Source of the DNA: Prorocentrum cordatum | Taxonomy: Eukaryota | Direction: 5' to 3' | Assembly: GCA_963575745.1 (NCBI GenBank) | Contig: CAUYUJ010000262.1 | Span: forward strand, 62,001 to 116,152 | DNA length: 54,152 nt | Shown: piece by piece, positions 25,148 through 34,400 of the stretch | Layout: each line of letters begins with the position of its first letter | How positions within the stretch are numbered: position 1 is the first letter of the stretch | The notes under the pieces: model-generated | The model's input: the letters and a program-made list of their open reading frames with translations, nothing else | Told to the model about the DNA's origin: nothing | The model's database searches: none | Translations under genes and position numbers: made by a program

Positions 25148-25273
25148 GGTTTAGGGTTTAGGGTTAGGGTTTAGGGTTTAGAGTTTAGGGTTTTGGGTTT
25201 GGGGTTTGGGGTTTGGGGTTTTGGGTTCAGGGTTTTGGGTTTAGGGTTTAGGGTTTGGGGTTTAGGGTTTAGG
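25148..25273 (+). repeat. Interstitial telomeric repeat tract (TTTAGGG and variants)
   Basis: Direct reading of TTTAGGG, TTAGGG, TTTGGGG and TTTTGGG units. Confidence 0.95.
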
Positions 25274-25482
25274 GCTTCTCTCAGCGCAGCGGCCGACAGT
25301 CCAGGCAATGCTGCCCCCCCTTCGGCAAGCTTGATTGGGGGGGCGGTTAGCCGACCCGAGCAAGCTTGGCGAAGGGGGCAGGAGGTGCAACATCTTCCCA
25401 CCCCCGGCCGCATGGCCGGCAACCTCCCAAACTAAAGCCTTTTAGGGTTTAGGGCCGTTGGCCCCTAAATTCCCAAATGCGT

Positions 25483-25623
25483 TCCAAGCGCTCCCAGGCG
25501 CTCCCTGGCGCTCCCAGGCGCTCCCAAGCGCTCCCAGGCGCTCTCAGTCAAGCGCTCCCATGCACTCCCCGGCGCTGCCAGGCGCTCCCGGCGCGTTCCG
25601 AAGCGCTCCCTGGCCATCCCAAG

Positions 25624-25655
<32 letters not shown>

Positions 25656-25820
25656 TCCCCCGGCGCTCCCGGCGCGTTCCCAAGCGCTCCCGGGCGCTCC
25701 CAGACGCATCCAAGCGCTCCTTGGCGCTCCCAAGCGCTCCCAGGCGCTCCCGGCACGCTCCCAGGCGCTCCCAAGCGCTTTCAGGCGTTCTCAGGCGCTC
25801 CCAGGCGCTCCCAGGCGCCC

Positions 25821-25885
<65 letters not shown>

Positions 25886-25889
25886 CCAA

Positions 25890-25925
<36 letters not shown>

Positions 25926-25970
25926 CCAAGCGTTCCCAGGCGCTCCCAGGCGCCCCCAGGCGCCCCCGGG
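25483..25970 (+). repeat. 10-bp minisatellite (CCAGGCGCTC)n
   Basis: Direct reading; reverse-complement arrays occur at ~37325-37430 and 37595-37730. Confidence 0.95.
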
Positions 25971-27139
25971 CGCTTCGAAGAAAAGGTCTTTGGGTTTAGG
26001 GTGTTATATTCGTTGAGGATCAGGGGAGGTTTATCATTGAAGCGCGAATCCCCAAAAGAGGGGGAGGGCAGCAGCAAAAGCTGCCAAGGCGAACCACTCG
26101 GGCTACATGCTCAAGCATCTCAGAGATGCCCTGTCTCTCGTAGACGGCGACGGTGATGCGCGGTGGGGTGGGCAGAAGCACAACGAGGTGCTTGGGAATT
26201 TAGGGTTTAGGGCCTGCATTGGCGCAAGCGCGCGCTGGCTGCGACCCCCCCCCCATCAAGGTTGTTGGGGGGGATCGCTGCCCAAGCCGCGCGCGCCACG
26301 GTTAGTCGCACTCCCGCCCCAGACCGCCCAGAGTGAAGCCTTTTAGGGTTTAGGGTTTCTCCCCCCAACCCCCCTATCACGGGGGGCTGTCGAAGTGTTG
26401 CGCGCAGGCGATCGCCGACGCGGCCGTGGCACTGCGCATCCACGTGAGCACGCGCGCAGGGCGCGTGGCGTAGGCGGCGCTTCGGCTCGTTGTCCCGTCG
26501 AAGAGGCAGCCGTTGGCGATGGCGGCGATTAGCTTCGCCGTTGGGCTGCCGCTGGCGCAGCATGCTTATGTGTTGTCGCTTTTGCTGTCGGCACTGGGTT
26601 GTGACACTGGGCTGCGAATGCTGGGAAGCGCGCGCGCGGCCGCGGCCGTGGCAATGCGCGCCCATGCGAACGCGCGCGCAGTGTGCATGGCGCTGGCGCG
26701 CCAGCTCGCCTTGTCGATGAGCAGCCGTTTGCGTCTTCTGCGTGGAGCTTTGCCGTTGGGCTGCCGCTGGCGCAGCAGATCCACAGGGGCCCAGCTTTTG
26801 CCGTCGGCATTGGAAAGCAGCACTGCAAGGGCGCTGGCGTGACAACACTATGGGTTCCCCTGCGCCTCAGGCGAGCGGCTGCGCCGTCGGGCTCGCTGAC
26901 GGCGACGCGCACGGCAGTTGCATTCGCCCGCGGCTTTGGGTTTCGCCTGCGGGGTCGCTCCCGCTGAAGGGATTGCAATCATCGACGCAGACGCTTTCGG
27001 CGCGAGCTTCGGAAGGCGGCAGGGGAAGCGCGAGGGGGTGGGTCTGGCACCCTCCGCTACGATGCGCGCGCATGGCTGCGGCAGCACCTCCACGGCAGAC
27101 CCCATGAAATGTTTGGGGGGATTTTTGTGGAAGCCAGGG

Positions 27140-30100
27140 TCGGCCTCGCCCTTGCGCCCGCTGCGGCCGCGGCCCACGCCCGGCGTGGCGCCTGGCGCCC
27201 TCGGGGCGCTATCTCCGAGCTATCTTTGAAGGACGCCGCAGACGGCGCACTCGGCCTCGCCCCCGCGCCCGCTGCGGCCGCGGCCCACGCTCGGCGTGGC
27301 GCCTGGCGCTCTCTGGGCGCTATCTCCGAGCTATCTTTGAAGGGCGCCACAGACGACGCCTTCGGCCTCGCCCCCGCGCTCGCTGCGGCCGCGGCTCACG
27401 CCTGGCTTGGCGCCTGGCGCACTCTGGGCGCTATCTCCGAGCTATCTTTGAAGGACGCCACAGACGGCGCTTTCGGCCTCGCCCCCGCGCCCGCTGCGGC
27501 CGCGGCCCGCGCCTGGCGTGGCGCCTGGCGCACTCTGGGCGCTATCTCCGAGCTATCTTTGAAGGACGCCGCAGACGGCGCACTCGGCCTCGCTCCCGCG
27601 CCCGCTGCGGCCGCGGCCCACGCCTGGCGTGGCGCCTGGCGCACTCTGGGTATTATCTCCGAGCTATCTTTGAAGGGCGCCACAGACGGCGCCTTCGGCC
27701 TCGCCCCCGCGCCCGCTGCGACCGCGGCCCACGCCCGGCGTGGCGCCTGGCGCCCTCTGGGCGCTATCTCCGAGCTATCTTTGAAGGACGCCACAGACGG
27801 CGCCTTCGGCCTCGGTCCCGCGCCCGCTGCGGCCGCGGCCCACGCCTGGCGTGGCGCCTGGCGCACTCTGGGTGCTATCTCCGAGCTATCTTTGAAGGGC
27901 GCCACAGACGGCGCCGTCGCTGTAGTCTTTGCGCTCGCTGCGGCCGCGGCCCACGCCAGGCGTGCCTCGGGCGCTCGTGAGCGCTATCTCCGAGCTATCT
28001 TTGAAGGACGCCACAGTCGGCGCCTTCGCTGTAGCCTTTGCGCCCGCTGCGGCCGCCGCCCACGCCAGGCGTGCCTCGGGCGCTCGTGAGCGCTATCTCC
28101 GAGCTATCTTTGAAGGACGCCACAGTCGGCGCCTTCGCTGTAGCCTTTGCGCCCGCTGCGGCCGCGGCCCACGCCAGGCGTGCCTCGGGCGCTCGTGAGC
28201 GCTATCTCCGAGCTATCTTTGAAGGACGCCACAGTCGGCGCCTTCGCTGTAGCCTTTGCGCCCGCTGCGGCCGCCGCCCACGCCAGGCGTGCCTCGGGCG
28301 CTCGTGAGCGCTATCTCCGAGCTATCTTTGAAGGACGCCACAGTCGGCGCCTTCGCTGTAGCCTTTGCGCCCGCTGCGGCCGCCGCCCACGCCAGGCGTG
28401 CCTCGGGCGCTCGTGAGCGCTATCTCCGAGCTATCTTTGAAGGACGCCACAGTCGGCGCCTTCGCTGTAGCCTTTGCGGCCCGCTGCGGCCGCCGCCCAC
28501 GCCAGGCGTGCCTCGGGCGCTCGTGAGCGCTATCTCCGAGCTATCTTTGAAGGACGCCACAGTCGGCGCCTTCGCTGTAGCCTTTGCGCCCGCTGCGGCC
28601 GCCGCCCACGCCAGGCGTGCCTCGGGCGCTCGTGAGCGCTATCTCCGAGCTATCTTTGAAGGACGCCACAGTCGGCGCCTTCGCTGTAGCCTTTGCGCCC
28701 GCTGCGGCCGCCGCCCACGCCAGGCGTGCCTCGGGCGCTCGTGAGCGCTATCTCCGAGCTATCTTTGAAGGACGCCACAGTCGGCGCCTTCGCTGTAGCC
28801 TTTGCGCCCGCTGCGGCCGCCGCCCACGCCAGGCGTGCCTCGGGCGCTCGTGAGCGCTATCTCCGAGCTATCTTTGAAGGACGCCACAGTCGGCGCCTTC
28901 GCTGTAGCCTTTGCGCCCGCTGCGGCCGCCGCCCACGCCAGGCGTGCCTCGGGCGCTCGTGAGCGCTATCTCCGAGCTATCTTTGAAGGACGCCACAGTC
29001 GGCGCCTTCGCTGTAGCCTTTGCGCCCGCTGCGGCCGCCGCCCACGCCAGGCGTGCCTCGGGCGCTCGTGAGCGCTATCTCCGAGCTATTTTTGAAGGAC
29101 GCCACAGTCGGCGCCTTCGCTGTAGCCTTTGCGCCCGCTGCGGCCGCCGCCCACGCCAGGCGTGCCTCGGGCGCTCGTGAGCGCTATCTCCGAGCTATGT
29201 TTGAAGGGCGCCACGGTCGGCGCCTTCGCTGTAGCCTTTGCGGCCGCTGCGGCCGCCGCCCACGCCAGGCGTGCCTCGGGCGCTCGTGAGCGCTATCTCC
29301 GAGCTATCTTTGAAGGACGCCACAGTCGGCGCCTTCGCTGTAGCCTTTGCGCCCGCTGCGGCCGCCGCCCACGCCAGGCGTGCCTCGGGCGCTCGTGAGC
29401 GCTATCTCCGAGCTATCTTTGAAGGACGCCACAGTCGGCGCCTTCGCTGTAGCCTTTGCGCCCGCTGCGGCCGCCGCCCACGCCAGGCGTGCCTCGGGCG
29501 CTCGTGAGCGCTATCTCCGAGCTATCTTTGAAGGACGCCACAGTCGGCGCCTTCGCTGTAGCCTTTGCGCCCGCTGCGGCCGCGGCCCACGCCAGGCGTG
29601 CCTCGGGCGCTCGTGAGCGCTATCTCCGAGCTATCTTTGAAGGACGCCACAGTCGGCGCCTTCGCTGTAGCCTTTGCGCTCGCTGCGGCCGCGGCCCACG
29701 CCAGGCGTGCCCGGGCGCTCGTCAGCGCTATCTCCGAGCTATCTTTGAAGGACGCCACAGACGGCGCCTTCGGCCTCGCCCCCGCGCTCGCTGCGGCCGC
29801 GGCCCACGCCTGGCGTGGCGCCTGGCGCACTCTGGGCGCTATCTCCGAGCTATCTTTGAAGGGCGCCACAGACGGCGCCTTCGGCCTCGCCCCCGCGCCC
29901 GCTGCGGCCGCGGCCCACGCCTGGCGCGGCGCCTGGCGCACTCTGGGCGCTATCTCCGAGCTATCTTTGAAGGACGCCACACACGGCGCCGTCGGCCTCG
30001 CCCCCGCGCCCGCTGCGGCCGCGGCCCACGCCTGGCGCGGCGCCTGGCGCACTCTGGGCGCTATCTCCGAGCTATCTTTGAAGGGCGCCACAGACGGCGC

Positions 30101-30250
30101 CTTCGGCCTCGCCCCCGCGCAAGCTGCGGCCGCGGCCTACGCCCGGCGCTGCGCCTAGCGCTTTCCTGGCGCTATCTCCGAGCTATTTTTGAAGGGCGCC
30201 ACAGACGGCGCCTTCGGCCTTGCCCCCGCGCCCGCTGCGGCCGCGGCAAA
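27140..30250. repeat. Tandem repeat of 109-111-bp units, about 28 copies
   Basis: Core GCTATCTCCGAGCTATCTTTGAAGG(A/G)CGCC recurs every 111 bp (27208-27874 and 29727-30170) or ~109 bp (27983-29727). Confidence 0.95.
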
Positions 30251-30317
30251 CTCCAAAGTCATTGGCGTTGTTTCGGTCGTCGCAGGATTCTGCCCTAGGC
30301 GATGTAGTGTCAGCAAG

Positions 30318-31000
30318 AGAAGTTGCACACAGCTGTAGCCATTCACAGACTCGGGAGAGGAGAGGCGACGCACGGGCAGTGTTGGAGAGTGCGTTGCATG
30401 GCATGACACGCGCACGTGTTCGCAGGTTGGGAGGGGGAGAGCGAGGGGGAGGGTCTGGCTCCCCCTCGCACACTGTTGACATGAACATGCGTTGCCAGGG
30501 ACGAGTTGCTCGCGCAAAGGTCTAGGAGACATTGTCGAACACATATTTCGCAGAGGACAGTAGACACATATGTATTGGCGATGTCCTGCAGTAGTCATTC
30601 GGAGCAGGGGGTGTTTCAAATGGATGGAGAGATGCATGGGCGGTGCAATTCCCACAGGCAGAGAAATTGCACACAGCCCTGGCCATTCACGGACTCGGAA
30701 GAGGAGAGGCGACGCACAGGCAGTCTTGCAGAGTGCGTTTTATGGCATGACACGCGCACGTGTTCGCAGGTTGGAAGGGGGAGAGCGAGGGGGAGGGTCT
30801 GGCTCCCCCTCGCACACTGTTGAAATGAACATGCGTTGCCAGGAACGAGTTGCGCGCGTACAGGTCTAGGAAACATTTCCGAACACATCTTTCGCAGAGG
30901 ATAGTAGAGACAGATGTATTGGCGATGTGCTGCAGTAGTCATTCGGAGCAGGTGGTGTTTTAAATGGATGGAGAGATGCATGGGCGGTGCAGTTTCCAAC
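30318..31000. repeat. ~344-bp direct duplication upstream of RepHel, each copy carrying a GC-rich hairpin
   Basis: Identical hairpins at 30441-30469 and 30785-30813; shared GGAGAGATGCATGGGCGGTGCA and other blocks. Confidence 0.9.
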
Positions 31001-31379
31001 GGCAGGCGTCGGGCATGCAGGATTATCCCCGTTGTTCGAACGTCTGTGAGCGAATGCAGGAGAGCACGGGTGCAATTTGCGAGCTGTGGGTGCGAGATGC
31101 ATTGGCGATGCGTCCCAGCATGTCGCGGTGGAGGCATGTGGTGCAATCCCGCATGGAAGAACAGCGTCGGAACATTTGTATTGGAGTCGCGGCTCTCACT
31201 TTCCTGAAAGGCGCAGCAGGCAGCGGCCTCTTCCAGATGCACGATGCATTGGCGATGCGCCTCAATGGCCCGCGGTAGATGGTGGAATGCTGGTTGCGCT
31301 CCTGGAGGGGCTGTCGACGCAGCGGCGATGCATCGCGGGATGACGCGTAGAAATGCTGGAGCATGTTCTCTGGCACGCC

Positions 31380-31401
31380 GCCGTTGCCATTTGGGCTCAG
31401 G
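31380..31401 (+). other. Genomic dinoflagellate spliced-leader-like sequence (SL relic or mimic) upstream of RepHel
   Basis: GCCGTTGCCATTTGGGCTCAGG versus DinoSL DCCGTAGCCATTTTGGCTCAAG: 19/22 ungapped, sense strand, ending ~100 nt before the ATG at 31498. Confidence 0.75.
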
Positions 31402-31497
31402 AGAGATCTGCAACGCTCCCCGATTGTCTGGCAGGCGCACCCGCCGCCATCAGTCTGTGCAGTTTCTTGACATTGGCACTTGTCGCGCAATCTCACC

Positions 31498-34400
31498 ATG
31501 GGGCCGCGTCGCTGCGAGGGATTCGTCATGGGGGACGGCGCCGTGATGGAGTGCTGCTTCAGCCCGTGGGACGCCGGCAAGCACGCGCAGGCGAAGTACA
31601 ACGGGCAATGCCAGTGGTGTTCGCCAGTGCGCATGCAGACAATTTGCAAGACGCAGCGGCTTTCCAAGCTGGCGTCTCACAGCCTGGCGAATCTTCAGAA
31701 GCTCGACGCGGGCATCTACGATATCGCCGTGGAGAGGGTGGCCATGTGCGAGGGCGGAGACGAGCTCATCTCCCGTGCCAAGGAGATCGTCGCGAAGAAC
31801 CAGCAGGCCGCGGCGCCAGCGCAGGATCCGGTGGATGACCAGGGCGACGTCGTCATGGAGCCTGTCGAGGAGGTGCCCGGTGGCGCGCCGGACGCAGCGG
31901 AGCTGCCGCCGCCGCCGCCTGCTGCGGAGCGCACAGGGAAGCGCTTGTGCGAAGGGTACGCTCTCGGGCGCGCCATGGGGCGCAAGCTCAAAGACAAAGG
32001 CGACTGCGGCGTGTGCGCTTTCTCCAGGGCGGAGCCCGGCGAGCGCGCTTTTGCCGCGGGCGGTCATTGCGTGTTCTGCACGCCTGCGCGCATGAAGGAG
32101 GCGGCGCAGAATCCCATGAAGAAGAAGAACGTCATGGCCGACCTGAACAAGTTCAAGCAGGCGAGCGCGGCTCTCCATGCGAAAGCGCTCGGGAGGCTCC
32201 GCAGGCACCTGACGTTGCATGATTACAAGGTTCTTGTAACTCCACACAATTGCTGCCGCGGGGCGGGAGAGCACGCGTGCCCGTTCAGCACAGCGAATCC
32301 GGGTCAGCCAGCGCGCGTGCTGAAGGAGGACAAGCACCTGTGCAGCTGGTGCGACCCGCAGAGGCTGCGCGGCATGCAGGGCGTCAAGCGCAGCGGCTTG
32401 CTGAAGCAATTGGAAGCCTTTCGCGAGAAGGACGAGGCTGTGTTCGACAAGGCCGAGGCAATCCTAAAGAGCGTCTACGGCGACGACTACGTGGCGCAGA
32501 TGCGGAAGAAGACGGTTCGCCAGAATCAGCAGGCGGCCCGCGCTCAGAGAGCCCGGAGGCGCAGCGGGAAGACCGATTGGCCAGAGAAGCTCAAGAGGCG
32601 CGCTCTGCAGATGCAGAATCCAGCGGACGACAAGGAGGCGCGGAAGAAGTTCCGGAGACTCACCCTGGAGAACCACAAGAAGGTGGAGAACTCGTTCTTC
32701 AAGGACAAGGCCGAGAGGAGAGTCCGCGGGCGCGCCGACGAGATCCCCAAGGGAGAGGAGTTGGACCCGCCGCTGGAGGCAGCGAGCTTCAGCGATCTCT
32801 CCAAGGGGTTGGAGTCCTGGGCTCTGCGCGGCTCCTGGGGGATGTGCAAGGAGTGCAGCGTCCTGCAGCCGCGCCCGATGCACGAGGTCGACATGTTCCG
32901 GGACGCCAGCGAGGAGATCTCGAAGAGCGCTTGCCGTCGGTGCAACGCCTCCCGCAAGATGTTCGTGCCGCTGCCGGAGCAGGTGCCGAAGAAGCTGCGC
33001 GGGCTCTCCGAGGAGGCCGTCGAGGCGCTGAGGCCCATTGAGATTGATGTCGGCCCCGAGGCGCGGTCCACCGACAAGTTCGGGCGGCCGAACGGGTATC
33101 AGAAGAAGGTGAAGATGATCACCTTTTATTTCTCTCGCTGGCATGTGGGTGACAAGATCAAGGAGATCGAGGACAAGGAGATGCGCCACAGGGCGAAGAA
33201 GGCGCTGGAGTACCTGCTGTCATGCGAGGAGTCCTCGTACAAGTACTTCTACGACATGCATGAGAAGTTCCTCCGCAAGAACGGCGAAGATGCCGCTGAT
33301 AGGAAGCGCAAGCGGCCGTGCCACTTCTTGCAGGAGGTCGGGCTGGAGTGCGCGCTGTGGCCACACCTGTACTGGTGCACGGAGATGACGGAGACTAAGG
33401 AGCAGTGGTCGGATGCGCGTCGCGAAGACAGACGACAGGCGCTGGAGGCGAAGAAGAAGAAGCCGGAGTACGGCTACCGCAGTGACGACTCCGACGAAGA
33501 CGACGGCAGCGGCGACCAGGAGATGAGCGAGCGCACGAGCGTCAAGCGGTCTTTCATCACGAAATGCTTATCACCACTCCTGGGGTACGGGTCCAATTTC
33601 GAATTGTTGCAGTTCGTGTACGACTTGAATCTGTGGGCCACGCTCGGCGGGAAGAAGAACCTGGGTCTGGACAACGTCCCCATGCGAGTGCTCATGAAGG
33701 GCCATACCTTCTCACCTCTGTACTGGAAGGAGGTTCACAACGGGCTCGTGGACCTTGTCCGCCAGATCGGCTTCCCCAAGCTGTTCTTCACCATTGCGCC
33801 GTGGGAGCCAGCGTTCAGGTACCACGACTGGGTGCGGGATGAGATGGAGAAGACTCTGAGGACCCGCATGTATCTGCCCGTGGGAGAGACGCTGCACATC
33901 ACTCACGTGCTCATGGAGATTGTCCGTGGCCTCCTCGCGGGGAACAACCAGCAGTGCATGGATCAGGAGCGTAAGTCGTGGACGAAGCACGTGTTTTCGG
34001 CGAAAGACTCAGATGGGAAGCAGGTGCGCGTGCAGTCCTTCACGCGCTTGGAGTTCCAAGACGGGAGCCGCAAGGAGGGGACGAAGCGCTACGACGGGTC
34101 CGGGCGGCCGCACTTGCACGTGTTGTTCTTCGCAGACGACGAGGCGATGGCGAACATGGGGCTCGAGCATCACCTGTTTGCCACGAAGCCCGAAGACTTC
34201 CCAGACCACCTCAAGGGCTACGTGGACGGCTCGCAGATGGACAGGCACGGCGGCGGAGAGAGCAAGTGGCCGATCTACCACGGGCCGTCAGGGGTGCACA
34301 ACAGCGATGGCATTCTGGAGCTGAAGCACACGGAGAACGACCACGACGCGGGCATGCGAGCCTTTTGCGCTGACGTCATGGACGGGCAACCATGCCACCA

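Noticed and set aside
27140..30250. CRISPR-like appearance (constant core with linkers) and the repeated 89-326-aa ORFs
   Set aside because: Linkers are identical or near-identical rather than unique spacers and there are no cas genes. The ORFs simply follow the repeat period.
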